64,000 nt of DNA, from positions 1 through 64,000 of the forward strand of contig OY970218.1 in NCBI GenBank assembly GCA_963713975.1, given 5' to 3'. Within the stretch, counting starts at the first letter, position 1. Every line of letters starts with the position of its first letter. Under the pieces are notes generated by a model that saw only the letters and a program-made list of their open reading frames with translations, did not search any database and was not told the DNA's origin. Below are positions 42,903-52,630 of the stretch, piece after piece. A program made the translations under genes and the position numbers. Origin of the DNA: an uncultured Chloroflexia bacterium. GTDB taxonomy: Bacteria; Chloroflexota; Limnocylindria; Limnocylindrales; CSP1-4.

Positions 42903-44567
42903 ATGGACGTCGTGCTGGTGGGCCTGCCCGGGTCCGGCAAGACCGCCATCGGCCGGCGCCTGGCGGCGCGCCACGGAGCGGCCTTCATCGACCTGGATGA
43001 CAGGATCGAGGCCATGGCCGGACGCTCGATCCCCGAGATCTTCGCCGCCGACGGCGAGGCCACGTTCCGGCTCCTCGAGCGCGATGCCGTGGCCGCCCTG
43101 GGGCCCGCCGACCCGGACCCCGGGGTCCAGCGCGTGATCTCGCCGGGAGGCGGCGCGGTGGTGGATCCTCGAAACAGGTGGGCCCTCTACCGTGGACGCG
43201 TCCCCGTATGGCTGGACGTGCGACCCGAGGTCATCGCGCAGCGGCTCCGGCGATCACCCACCGTGCGCCCGCTGGTCCAGGGCGGGGACGCGACGGGCCG
43301 CATCCGGCAGCTGGCGGCGGCCCGCGAGCGGTTCTACGCGGCAGCGGTGCGGGTCAACGGACTGGCCGAGCTGGGGGGTGTGGTCGACGCGGTCGATCGC
43401 CTGGCGGCCAAGGGACCGTCGGCGGCGACCACCGTGCTCCGAGCGACGACCGCGATCGGGGACCTGGTCGTCGGCGAGGGCATCGCCGCCGACGCCGTGG
43501 GCGCCGCGCTGCGCGGGCTGGATGCCCGACGGGCCATCCTGGTCTCGGAGCCGGGGGCCTGGGCCGCCTTCGGGGAGGGCCTCGCTGAGGCGCTGCGCGC
43601 AGCCGGCTGGCCGGTAGAGACCCTGATGCTGGCCGGTGGGGAGGATGCCAAGCGCCTGTCGGTCATCGAGGAAGCCGCCCGGGAGCTGGCCCGGATGCGC
43701 GCGGAGCGGAGGGATCCCCTGGTGGCCGTCGGTGGCGGTGCGTTGGGCGATCCGGCGGGGTTCCTCGCGGCCACGTACCTGCGCGGCGTGCCCTGGATCG
43801 GGGTGCCCACGACCCTCGTTGCCCAGGTGGACTCGTCCATCGGCGGCAAGACCGGCGTGGACCTGCCCGAGGGCAAGAACCTGGTTGGCGCGTTTCATCA
43901 TCCGGCGGCAATCGTGCTGGACATCGCCGCCCTGCGGCCGCTCCCGGAGCGGCACCTGCGGGCAGCCCTGGGCGAGATCGTGAAGATGGCCGCCCTGGGC
44001 GACGAGGCGCTGTTCGCGGCCCTCGAGACCGACGGCGCGGCCGTGGCCACGGGAGCCGCCGATGCGTTCGACTCGGGGGTCATGGCCGAGGTGGTCGAGC
44101 GCCCGGCCTGGGCAAAGGTCGAGGTGGTGTCCGCGGACGAGCGCGAACAGGGTGCGGCCGGCGGACGGGTCACGCTCAACCTGGGGCACACGGTTGCGCA
44201 CGCGCTCGAGGCCGTGGACGGCTACCAGAACCTCCTCCATGGCGAGGCAGTCGCCTACGGCACACGGGCGGCGACCAGGATCGGCGTCGCGATGGGGGTG
44301 ACCCCGGAAGCCCGCGCGACCCGGATCGAGGGGCTGCTCGACCGACTGGCACTGGGTGTCGCCCCGCTCCCCTACCCCATCGAGATGGTGCTCGACGCGA
44401 CAGGGACAGACAAGAAGCATGCCGGCGGCCGCCTGCGGTGGGTGCTGCCGACGGCGGACGGAGCGGTGATCCGCGACGACGTGCCCGCCGGTGACGTGAC
44501 CGCGGCCGTCCGCAGCGTGCTGGCAGGCACGGCCGCGGCACCCGGCGCGACGGAGACCCGGGCGTGA
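42903..44567 (+). CDS. aroKB: Fused shikimate kinase / 3-dehydroquinate synthase
   Basis: GLPGSGKT..GE..FR..E..GGG kinase, then GE.AK, GGG, PTTL.AQVDSSIGGKTG, LNLGHT and HGEAV. Confidence 0.94.
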   Translation: MDVVLVGLPGSGKTAIGRRLAARHGAAFIDLDDRIEAMAGRSIPEIFAADGEATFRLLERDAVAALGPADPDPGVQRVISPGGGAVVDPRNRWALYRGRVPVWLDVRPEVIAQRLRRSPTVRPLVQGGDATGRIRQLAAARERFYAAAVRVNGLAELGGVVDAVDRLAAKGPSAATTVLRATTAIGDLVVGEGIAADAVGAALRGLDARRAILVSEPGAWAAFGEGLAEALRAAGWPVETLMLAGGEDAKRLSVIEEAARELARMRAERRDPLVAVGGGALGDPAGFLAATYLRGVPWIGVPTTLVAQVDSSIGGKTGVDLPEGKNLVGAFHHPAAIVLDIAALRPLPERHLRAALGEIVKMAALGDEALFAALETDGAAVATGAADAFDSGVMAEVVERPAWAKVEVVSADEREQGAAGGRVTLNLGHTVAHALEAVDGYQNLLHGEAVAYGTRAATRIGVAMGVTPEARATRIEGLLDRLALGVAPLPYPIEMVLDATGTDKKHAGGRLRWVLPTADGAVIRDDVPAGDVTAAVRSVLAGTAAAPGATETRA

Positions 44568-44920
44568 GCACCGCCGATCGCACGGGCCGGCGAGCCGTGC
44601 CGACCGCCACCGAGCGTGACGAGGCTGCCCTGGAGCTGGCGCGGATCCGCGATCGGATCGACGAGCTGGACAAGGCCATCGTGGAGCTGCTCAACCAGCG
44701 GGCGACGCTTGGCCGATCCGCGGGGCGCGCCAAGCACCTCGCCGGCCGGCGAGCCGTCAAGGACCCGGAGCGCGAGCGCGAGGTGCTCCTGAGGGTGGCG
44801 ATGGCCAACCCGGGACCGCTGTCGCAGGCCGACCTGCTCGCCATCTACCGCCGCATCGTCTCCGTGACCCGGGGCCTGGAGTCACGCGACCGGACCCATG
44901 ACGGCCGATCCCGCGGCTGA
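44564..44920 (+). CDS. Chorismate mutase, AroQ class
   Basis: LARIRDRIDELD..IVELLNQR..K..V.DPERE..VL. Confidence 0.9.
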   Translation: MSTADRTGRRAVPTATERDEAALELARIRDRIDELDKAIVELLNQRATLGRSAGRAKHLAGRRAVKDPEREREVLLRVAMANPGPLSQADLLAIYRRIVSVTRGLESRDRTHDGRSRG

Positions 44921-45944
44921 CGGTTCCGGCGAGTCCTCCGCGGCCGACGACGCGGGCGATGCGGTCGCGACCGACGAGACGGGCGAGTTGTTCGTGCCCC
45001 CGGCCACCGGGACCGCCCTGCCAGACCCCCGTGTCCTGCCGACGGGACCGGTCACCCGCTTCGCGCCTGCGCCAACGGGACTCCTGCATCTCGGCCACCT
45101 CGTCAACGCGCTCTACACCTGGGGCCTGGCAAGGGCGACCGGCGGGCGCGTGATCCTGCGCATCGAGGACCACGACCGGCAGCGTTCCCGACCGGACTAC
45201 GAGGCGGCGCTGCTGGACGACCTCGCGCGGCTGGGACTGGCACCCGACGAACCAGCCATGTCCTCCTTCCGCGTCGGATCGACGCCATACCGCCAATCCG
45301 ACTCGGGCGCCGTCTACGTGGCCGCGATCGAGCGGCTGCGAGGCCTGGGGTTGGTCTACGCCTGCGCATGCTCGCGGGCCAGCTTCGCGGCCTGGCGGGC
45401 GGATCACGGGCGGCCGTGGCATGGGATCGGCTGCCCGGGCGGGTGCCGGTCGCGGGCCCTCCCCGAGGATCCGGGCACCGGCCTGCGGGTGGCCGTGGGG
45501 GCAGGCTCGGAGCGCTGGGTGGACCTCCTGGCCGGGCCGATGTCCGACGAGCCGGCGGCGAACGGCGATCCACTCGTCCGCGACCGTCTCGGCAACTGGA
45601 CCTACGCCTTGTGCGTGGTCGTGGACGATGCCCGCCACGGCGTGGACCTCGTGATCCGCGGTCGCGACCTGCTGGACTCGACCCCCGTGCAGCGCCGCCT
45701 GGCCACGCTCCTCGGCAGGGAGGCGCCACCGCGCTTCCTGCACCACCCGCTCATCCGACGGGTGTCGGGGCAGAAACTGTCCAAAGCCGAGGGCGACACC
45801 GCGGTCCGATCCCTGCTCGACGCCGGACGAACTCCGGCCGCGCTGTTCGGGCTGGCCGCACGACTTGCCGGCCTCGAGGCGACGGACGCCCCGATCGATC
45901 CCGGCAATCTCGCGGCGCCGTTCCTGGTCGATCGTCGCCGCTAG
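44898..45944 (+). CDS. gluQ: Glutamyl-Q tRNA(Asp) synthetase (GluRS catalytic-domain paralog)
   Basis: TRFAPAPTG.LHLG, RIEDHD, CACSR, VVVDD, RGRDL and KLSK; no anticodon-binding domain. Confidence 0.85.
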   Translation: MTADPAADGSGESSAADDAGDAVATDETGELFVPPATGTALPDPRVLPTGPVTRFAPAPTGLLHLGHLVNALYTWGLARATGGRVILRIEDHDRQRSRPDYEAALLDDLARLGLAPDEPAMSSFRVGSTPYRQSDSGAVYVAAIERLRGLGLVYACACSRASFAAWRADHGRPWHGIGCPGGCRSRALPEDPGTGLRVAVGAGSERWVDLLAGPMSDEPAANGDPLVRDRLGNWTYALCVVVDDARHGVDLVIRGRDLLDSTPVQRRLATLLGREAPPRFLHHPLIRRVSGQKLSKAEGDTAVRSLLDAGRTPAALFGLAARLAGLEATDAPIDPGNLAAPFLVDRRR

Positions 45945-47617
45945 GCGCCCGGGACAGGGACCAGCTCCGGGCCGCGGGTCCAATCCTCGCCCGCGAACAG
46001 CTCCGGCCGGTGCGTCATCACGAGCAGGGTCCGATCGCCGACCGCCGCTCCCAGGTCCGCGACGAACGCGCGGGCGGCGGCCTCGTCCAAGTGCTCGGTA
46101 GGCTCGTCCAGGACGAGGATCCGGACATCCGCAAGCAGGGCCCGGGCGAGTGCGAGCCGCTGTCGCTGCCCACCGGAGAGCCGGGCACCGTGCTCACCGA
46201 CCGGCGTCTCGAGCCCGTCCGGGAGCGACCTGACCCAGCCCAGGAGACCAGCCTGCTCGAGGGCACGCTCGAGCGTCGCCGGCTCCGCACCGGGTCGGGC
46301 GAGGCGCAGGTTGTCGGCGAGCGTTGCATCGAAGATGTGGGGGTCCTGCTCGCACAGCCCGACGGCACGGCGGACCTCGTCGCCGGGGATCGTCCGCGTG
46401 TCGACCGCGCGATCCCGTCCGACCAGCTCGAGGGTCCCCGCCTGGGGCGCCAGGAACCGCAGGCACGCCGCCGCGAACGTGCTCTTGCCCGAGCCGCTGG
46501 CGCCGGTGAGCACGAACAGGGCGCCGGCCGGGACCTCGATATCGATCGGGGCGAGCGCGAGGCGGGCGGCGCCGGGGTACCGGACGGCGAGCCCGTGCGC
46601 GCGGAGGCCAAGGCGGCCCGCGGGGACCCCGAGCGCGACGCCGGGATCCGGATCCGGCACCGGCTCCGGGCGGCGGAGGATGTCCAGCACGCGACGGGCC
46701 GATGTCGCGAGGCCGGGCAGGAGGCGCGCGGATGGGGCGAGCGGCGAGATCACCTCGTGGACCGCGATCGGCGTCAGGGCGACGACGGCCAGCGCCACAC
46801 CGGCGAGGCTCCCGTCCCGTACGGCCGAGATCCCGACCACGAGGGCGGCCCACACCGCGAAGCCGGCCGAGAGGGCCGCAACCAGGGTGCTCACACCGGC
46901 ACCGAGCGCGGATCGTCGCTCCGCGGCGGCCAGGCGGCGATCCACGCGTGCCGCCTCGGCCAGCGCCCGGGGTGCCGCTCCGGTGACCACGATCTCGGGG
47001 GCTCCGTGCAGCAGGTCCAATACCGTGTCCGTGAGGTCCCCACGGGCCGGCGCCAACCGCGACTCTGCCCGATGCGAGATCGCCGCCGCCACCACGGGCG
47101 CCACGACGGCGGTGACGAGCAGCGTCGCCGCGAGGATCGCACCCGCCGCCGGCACGAACCAGCCGATGAACACGACGGCTCCCACGGCGACGATCGATGC
47201 GGAGGCGTAGGGAAGCAGGACCCGGAGCCACAGGTCCGCGAGCCCGTCCACGTCACCGACCAGCCGCGCCAGCAGGTCGCCGGACCGCAGCTCCGCCAGG
47301 CCGGCCGGGGCCAGGCGGGCCAGCCGTGCATACGCCGTGCCACGCAGCTCGCCAAGCACTCGGAACGCGGCGTCATGGGCCGCGACACGCTCGAGATACC
47401 GGAACACGCCGCGGCTGATGCCGAAGAATTGGACCGCCGTGATGGCGGCAAGCAGCGTGAGCATGACCGGCTGCTCGGCGGCCTTGCTGATGAGCCAGGC
47501 GGACGTGGCCGCGAGGCCGATTGCCGCGCCCGCGGCCGCCATGCCCGCCAGCACCGCCAGCACGAGTCGACCGGTGACCGGTCGACCGATGCGCAGGATC
47601 GCGAGCAGGGCCGTCAT
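45941..47617 (-). CDS. cydC: Thiol reductant/heme ABC exporter CydC
   Basis: SAWLI..A, FGISRGVFRYLERV..HD, GSGKST and LSGGQRQR. Confidence 0.93.
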   Translation of the reverse strand: MTALLAILRIGRPVTGRLVLAVLAGMAAAGAAIGLAATSAWLISKAAEQPVMLTLLAAITAVQFFGISRGVFRYLERVAAHDAAFRVLGELRGTAYARLARLAPAGLAELRSGDLLARLVGDVDGLADLWLRVLLPYASASIVAVGAVVFIGWFVPAAGAILAATLLVTAVVAPVVAAAISHRAESRLAPARGDLTDTVLDLLHGAPEIVVTGAAPRALAEAARVDRRLAAAERRSALGAGVSTLVAALSAGFAVWAALVVGISAVRDGSLAGVALAVVALTPIAVHEVISPLAPSARLLPGLATSARRVLDILRRPEPVPDPDPGVALGVPAGRLGLRAHGLAVRYPGAARLALAPIDIEVPAGALFVLTGASGSGKSTFAAACLRFLAPQAGTLELVGRDRAVDTRTIPGDEVRRAVGLCEQDPHIFDATLADNLRLARPGAEPATLERALEQAGLLGWVRSLPDGLETPVGEHGARLSGGQRQRLALARALLADVRILVLDEPTEHLDEAAARAFVADLGAAVGDRTLLVMTHRPELFAGEDWTRGPELVPVPGA

Positions 47618-49365
47618 GCCGACTCCCCCGTCGCCGGAATGGTCGTCCGGGTCGACGGCCCCACGGGTCCCGCGTGGTCGGGCACGACCGACCACGAGAC
47701 CTCGACGTTTCGGTCCGCGCCCGCCACGGCGCCGGGGCGGTGGGCCACGAGCAGCACCGCGGCACCTCGCGCAGCGGCACCCCGCACGGCCGCAAGCACG
47801 GCCGTCTCGGCCGACTCGTCCAGGCCCGCGGTCGGCTCGTCGAGCAGGAGGACGTCGGCGTGCCGGACCAGCGCGCGGGCGATCCCCACGCGTCGCCGCT
47901 GCCCGCCGGAGAGACCCGACCCTCGCTCGCCGAGCACCCGGTCGGGCGGCACGTCCGCGAGGCCCACCGCAGCCAGTGCGGCTACAACGCTCTCATCCCC
48001 GGCATCAGGCGCGCCGAGACGCACGTTCTCCGCCACGGACCCGGCGAACAGGTACGGGGCCTGCGGGACCCAGGCGACGCGAGCCCGCCAGGCCCCGGGG
48101 TCGAGATCCCGAACGTCAGTCCCGCCGCCACGCCACCCACCGCCATCATCGTCGCCGACCACGACGACCCGGCCGGCCGAGGGCTCCACGAGCCCCAGGA
48201 TCACGGCCAGGAGCGTCGACTTGCCCGCACCTGATGGCCCGGTCACCGCGACCACCTCGCCCCGGCGAACGGCGAGGGACGTGGAGGACGGCGCCGCGAT
48301 CCCACGACCCGGCTGCTCCACCGACAACCCGACGACACGGATCGCCGCGATGCCCGCTGGCACCGGCAGCCCACCCTCGGCAAGGAGCACGGGCGTGTCG
48401 ATGATCTCGAAGGCGCGTGCTGCCGAGGTCACGCCCTCCTCTCCCGCGTGGAACTCGGAACCCAGGCGGCGGAGCGGGAGATACGCCTCCGGGGCGAGGA
48501 CCAGCGCGAACAGGCCGACCTCGAGCATCATCTCGCCGACCGCCAGCCGGAGGCCGATCCCCACGGCGACCATGGCCACCGAGATCGTCGCGAGCAGCTC
48601 GAGGGTCATGGCCGACAGGAAGGCCACCCGCAGGGTCGCCATCGTGGTGGTCCGGTACGAATCCGTGATCCGTCGCAGGATCGCGACCTGATCGTCCGCA
48701 CGACCGTAGGCGCGGAGCGTCGGCAGGCCCGCCACCACGTCCGTGAACCGGTGCGCCAGCCGGCCCAGTGCCGTCCAGCGCCGTGACCTGTGGGCCGCCG
48801 ACATCTTCCCGATCAGGACCATGAACACCGGGATCAGCGGGACGGTGATGGCCACCGTCAGGGCCGCCACCACGTCCACAGCGAGGAGGCAGACGACCAC
48901 CGTCACGGGCACGATCGCGGCCAGCGCCACCTGCGGCAGGTAGCGCCCGAAGTAGCCATCGAGCGCGTCCAGCCCGCGCGTCGCGAGCAGGGCCACCTCG
49001 CCGCTCGCCTGCGTCGCCGCCCAGCGTGGGCCGAGGGCGAGCGACCGCTCCAGGAGACGGATGCGGAGGTCCGCCTTCACCGCCCCGCTGATCCGCTGGG
49101 CGACCACGTCTGCACCCCAGCCGAGGATCGCCCTGGCAGCCAGGACGATCGCCAGCCCTGCGAGCACCGAGGCGAGGTCGCCGAGCCCCTCGCCGCCCAT
49201 GAACGCGCCGCTGATGGCGCGCGCCAGGAGCCACGCCTGGACCACGGCCAGCAGGGCGATGGCCACACCGAGGCATACGGCCACAACGAGCGACCCCGTC
49301 GCGATCCTGGCCGCGCCGATGAGGCGGCCGGTCGGGCTCACGGTCGGCCGTGGGGACGCGGCCAC
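47614..49365 (-). CDS. cydD: Thiol reductant/heme ABC exporter CydD
   Basis: YF.RYLPQ, LIPVFM.LIG, TM.TLRVAFLS, LAPEAY.PLR..FHA and GKST. Confidence 0.93.
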   Translation of the reverse strand: MAASPRPTVSPTGRLIGAARIATGSLVVAVCLGVAIALLAVVQAWLLARAISGAFMGGEGLGDLASVLAGLAIVLAARAILGWGADVVAQRISGAVKADLRIRLLERSLALGPRWAATQASGEVALLATRGLDALDGYFGRYLPQVALAAIVPVTVVVCLLAVDVVAALTVAITVPLIPVFMVLIGKMSAAHRSRRWTALGRLAHRFTDVVAGLPTLRAYGRADDQVAILRRITDSYRTTTMATLRVAFLSAMTLELLATISVAMVAVGIGLRLAVGEMMLEVGLFALVLAPEAYLPLRRLGSEFHAGEEGVTSAARAFEIIDTPVLLAEGGLPVPAGIAAIRVVGLSVEQPGRGIAAPSSTSLAVRRGEVVAVTGPSGAGKSTLLAVILGLVEPSAGRVVVVGDDDGGGWRGGGTDVRDLDPGAWRARVAWVPQAPYLFAGSVAENVRLGAPDAGDESVVAALAAVGLADVPPDRVLGERGSGLSGGQRRRVGIARALVRHADVLLLDEPTAGLDESAETAVLAAVRGAAARGAAVLLVAHRPGAVAGADRNVEVSWSVVPDHAGPVGPSTRTTIPATGESA

Positions 49366-49369
49366 ATGA

Positions 49370-50371
49370 TCAGGACTCGACGGCGGCCCGCGGGACGGTG
49401 ACCCGCTTCCGGAACACGTAGTACGTCCACCCTTGGTACACGAGGACCACGGGCACGAAGATCACCGCCACGACCGTCATGATGCCGAGGGTATACGGCG
49501 TGGACGCCGCGTTGGTGGCCGTCAGGCTGAATGCCGGGTCCGTGGAAGATGGCATGACGTCCGGGAACAGCGCCAGGAACAGGCTGGCCACGGCCAGGGC
49601 GATCGTGAGCCCGGAGCCGAGGAACGCCCAGCCCTCGCGCTTGAGGCGCACCGCGAGCAGTGCAAGCAGGTACACGACGGCGGCGAGCACCGCGACCACC
49701 GTGGACAGCATGTCGCCACGGATCGCGTTCGCCCACAGCAGGAAGACCACGGCCACGACGGCCGTCACCAAGCCCAGCGGGAGGGTGAGCTTGCGCGCTC
49801 GCTCCCGGATCTCACCGTCCGTCTTGAGCGTCAGGAACATGAGGCCGTGGGTGATGAACAGCAGGAGCGTCGTCAACCCACCCAGGAGCCCGAACGGGTT
49901 GAGCAGGGTGAGCAGGCTGCCGGTGAACTCCTTGTCGGCATCGATGGGGACGCCCGCCACGATGTTGGCGAAGGCAACGCCCCACAGCAGCGCGGGCAGG
50001 AAACTGCCGACCGCGATCATCATGTCCATGCGCGACCGCCAGGCGTGGCTGCCGTGCTTGTTGCGGTACTCGATGCCGATGCCTCGAATGATCAGGCCGA
50101 CGAGGATCAGGAACAGCGCGAGGTAGAACCCCGAGAACAGCGTGGCGTACCACTCGGGGAAGGCTGCGAACATGGCACCGCCGGCCACGATGACCCACAC
50201 CTCGTTGCCGTCCCAGACGGGGCCGATGGTTCGGATCATCGCCCGCCGTTCAGGCTCGTCGCGCCCGACCACGTGGAGCAGCATGCCCACGCCGAAGTCG
50301 AAGCCCTCGAGGATGAAGTAGCCGATGAACAGGATCGCGATCAGGGCGAACCAGAGCGTCGTGAGTTCCAT
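49370..50371 (-). CDS. cydB: Cytochrome bd oxidase subunit II
   Basis: LEGFDFGVG and GPVWDGNEVW motifs. Confidence 0.96.
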   Translation of the reverse strand: MELTTLWFALIAILFIGYFILEGFDFGVGMLLHVVGRDEPERRAMIRTIGPVWDGNEVWVIVAGGAMFAAFPEWYATLFSGFYLALFLILVGLIIRGIGIEYRNKHGSHAWRSRMDMMIAVGSFLPALLWGVAFANIVAGVPIDADKEFTGSLLTLLNPFGLLGGLTTLLLFITHGLMFLTLKTDGEIRERARKLTLPLGLVTAVVAVVFLLWANAIRGDMLSTVVAVLAAVVYLLALLAVRLKREGWAFLGSGLTIALAVASLFLALFPDVMPSSTDPAFSLTATNAASTPYTLGIMTVVAVIFVPVVLVYQGWTYYVFRKRVTVPRAAVES

Positions 50372-50380
50372 GACGTTCCC

Positions 50381-51787
50381 CTAGTACCCGAGCCCGAGCG
50401 CCGGCTCGGGCTTGTGCTCGAATCCCTGGTCCGATGACGCCGGTGGCAGCCCCGCCCGCACGCGCCGGACCACCAGGCCCAGCATCACCACCGCCAGCAC
50501 GCCGTAGAGGAGCGTGAAGCCGACCATCGTGATCAGCACCTCGGCCGTCGTCGCGGTCGGCGACACCCCAGTCGCGGTGAACATCAGGCCGTACACGACC
50601 CAGGGCTGGCGGCCGATCTCCGTGAACATCCAGGCGAAGGAGTTGGCGGCGAGCGGCAGGAACGGCAGGATCGCGGCGATCACGACCGTCCGGCCGGCCG
50701 GCGTCCGTCCCTTCCGCATCCGGAACAGGAACCACCCGGCGGCGAGCGCCGCGAGGGTACCCATGCCGATCATCCAGCGGAAGGTCCAGTAGGTGACCGG
50801 CGTGTTGGGCGTGTAGTCGCCGGGTCCGAACTGGGCCTCCTCCTGCGCCTGCAGGTCGTTGATGCCGAGGACCTCGCCGTCGAACGTGCCCGTGGCCAGG
50901 AACGAGAGCAGGTACGGGATCCGGATCGAGAAGATGTCCTCCGAGCCGTCCGGGGTGCCGATGGTGAAGATCGAGAACGACGCGGGCTGCTCGGTCTCCC
51001 ACAGCGCCTCGGCCGCCGCCATCTTCATCGGCTGCTGCTCGGTCATGAGCTTGCCCTGGATGTCGCCCGTGACCGCGACCAGGAGCCCCGAGACCAGGAG
51101 CATCACGGCGCCGGCCTTGGCGGCCGCGCGGAAGGGTCCGGCCGCCTCGGGATCGTCGCGGTCCTTGAGCATCCGGTACATCGCGATCCCGGCCAGGAAT
51201 GCCCCGGTCGTCATGAACGCGGCGGCGATCGTGTGCGGGAACGTGATCAGCGTGGTGCTGTTGGTCAGCAGCGCCATGAAGTCCGTCAGCTCCGCGCGGC
51301 CGGAGACGGGGTTGACCACGTAGCCCACCGGGTGCTGCATCCAGGAGTTGGCCGCCAGGATGAAGTACGCGGAGAGGACGGTGCCAATGGCCACCAGCCA
51401 GATCGAGGCCAGGTGAACTCCCTTCGACAGCCGGCCCCAGCCGAAGATCCACACGCCCAGGAACGTCGACTCGAGGAAGAACGCCAGCAGGCCCTCGATG
51501 GCGAGCGGGGCGCCGAAGATGTCACCCACGAACCGGCTGTAGCTGCTCCAGTTCATGCCGAACTGGAACTCCTGGACGAGGCCGGTCACCACGCCCACGG
51601 CGTAGTTGATCAGGAACAGCTCTCCGAAGAAGCGCGTCAGGCGCAGGTACGATTCCTTACGGGTCCGGTACCAGGCGGTCTGGAAGCCCGCGACCGAGAA
51701 CGCCAGCCCGATCGTCAACGGGACGAACAGGAAGTGGTAGACGGTGACGATCCCGAACTGCCACCGCGAGAGCATCAGCGGATCCAC
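50381..51787 (-). CDS. cydA: Cytochrome bd oxidase subunit I (short Q-loop)
   Basis: RWQF..YHFLF, EFQFGMNW, NSWMQHP, QPMKMAAAE and EIGRQPW; GGAGGAG RBS before GTG. Confidence 0.96.
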   Translation of the reverse strand: MDPLMLSRWQFGIVTVYHFLFVPLTIGLAFSVAGFQTAWYRTRKESYLRLTRFFGELFLINYAVGVVTGLVQEFQFGMNWSSYSRFVGDIFGAPLAIEGLLAFFLESTFLGVWIFGWGRLSKGVHLASIWLVAIGTVLSAYFILAANSWMQHPVGYVVNPVSGRAELTDFMALLTNSTTLITFPHTIAAAFMTTGAFLAGIAMYRMLKDRDDPEAAGPFRAAAKAGAVMLLVSGLLVAVTGDIQGKLMTEQQPMKMAAAEALWETEQPASFSIFTIGTPDGSEDIFSIRIPYLLSFLATGTFDGEVLGINDLQAQEEAQFGPGDYTPNTPVTYWTFRWMIGMGTLAALAAGWFLFRMRKGRTPAGRTVVIAAILPFLPLAANSFAWMFTEIGRQPWVVYGLMFTATGVSPTATTAEVLITMVGFTLLYGVLAVVMLGLVVRRVRAGLPPASSDQGFEHKPEPALGLGY

Positions 51788-51949
51788 GGGCGAGCGACTC
51801 CTCCCTGGGACGAACCTGTCACCGGAGTATGTCTGGGACATCTAGTCGCATGATCGGCCGAAGGACCCGAAGGCGACCGGACCCACCGTGCGCCGACCGG
51901 GACCCACGGCCCCCGGCCCGATTTCGTGCGACCCAGACGATGCCCGCCG

Positions 51950-52597
51950 TCAGGGCCGTTCCGTGCGGTCCTCGATCTCCCACGCGTGGTCGAGGGCGTG
52001 CCATGCGATCCGGCGGGCGGCGTAGCGGGGCGGCCATTTCCTGCCGGCGATCGGCGACCCGTCCGAGGGCGTACGGAGGATCGCGAGGACCACCTTGCGC
52101 CCGGCCCCGCATGGGCGCCGGTCTGCGGGCGGGATCCCCAGCACGGACGCGTATGCCTCGTCCGCCCCGTGGACGTGCTCGACCATCCTGGTCCGGTCCC
52201 GCCCGCCTCCGCGAGGTCCCTTGCGCAGCTCCTCGGGGGCCGCTCCGGCGATCCCGTCGAAGCACGCCCAGGCGGCCGCCACGAGGGCCGCGAGACGGGC
52301 GGCCTCGATCGCGTCCACCGTCGCCCGGTCCAACTCCGCGATGCGTGAGGGGATCCCGAACGCGGTCCCCGCATCGCCCTCCACGCGCTCGACGACCTCG
52401 AGCACGAGGTCGTCCGGATCGAGGTGCTCACCGGCGTCGGCGGCCACATCGACGTACCGGTGCGCCGCCGAGAGGAGCGCCTCGATGGCCATCGGCTCGT
52501 CCCGGCCACCCCGGGCCAGGCCCGGCCAGTCAAGGGCGGACACGAACACCTTCTTCGGGGTGGCCTCGACCAGCAGCCGGATGGAGCGCTCAGGCAT
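51950..52597 (-). CDS. Hypothetical protein (HicB-like N-terminus, DinB-like C-terminus)
   Basis: VFVSALDWPGLAR..EAL at the N-terminus and HV..A..Y...RRIAWHALDHAWEIEDR at the C-terminus. Confidence 0.7.
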   Translation of the reverse strand: MPERSIRLLVEATPKKVFVSALDWPGLARGGRDEPMAIEALLSAAHRYVDVAADAGEHLDPDDLVLEVVERVEGDAGTAFGIPSRIAELDRATVDAIEAARLAALVAAAWACFDGIAGAAPEELRKGPRGGGRDRTRMVEHVHGADEAYASVLGIPPADRRPCGAGRKVVLAILRTPSDGSPIAGRKWPPRYAARRIAWHALDHAWEIEDRTERP

Positions 52598-52630
52598 GCG
52601 GGCAGTATGGCGGAGGCACTACGCTTGGGC

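Noticed and set aside
45368-48691. 1107-aa plus-strand ORF and similar long antisense ORFs (751-2205, 9893-12313, 12174-15080, 55697-58858)
   Set aside because: Antisense shadows of real high-GC genes, with no protein motifs.
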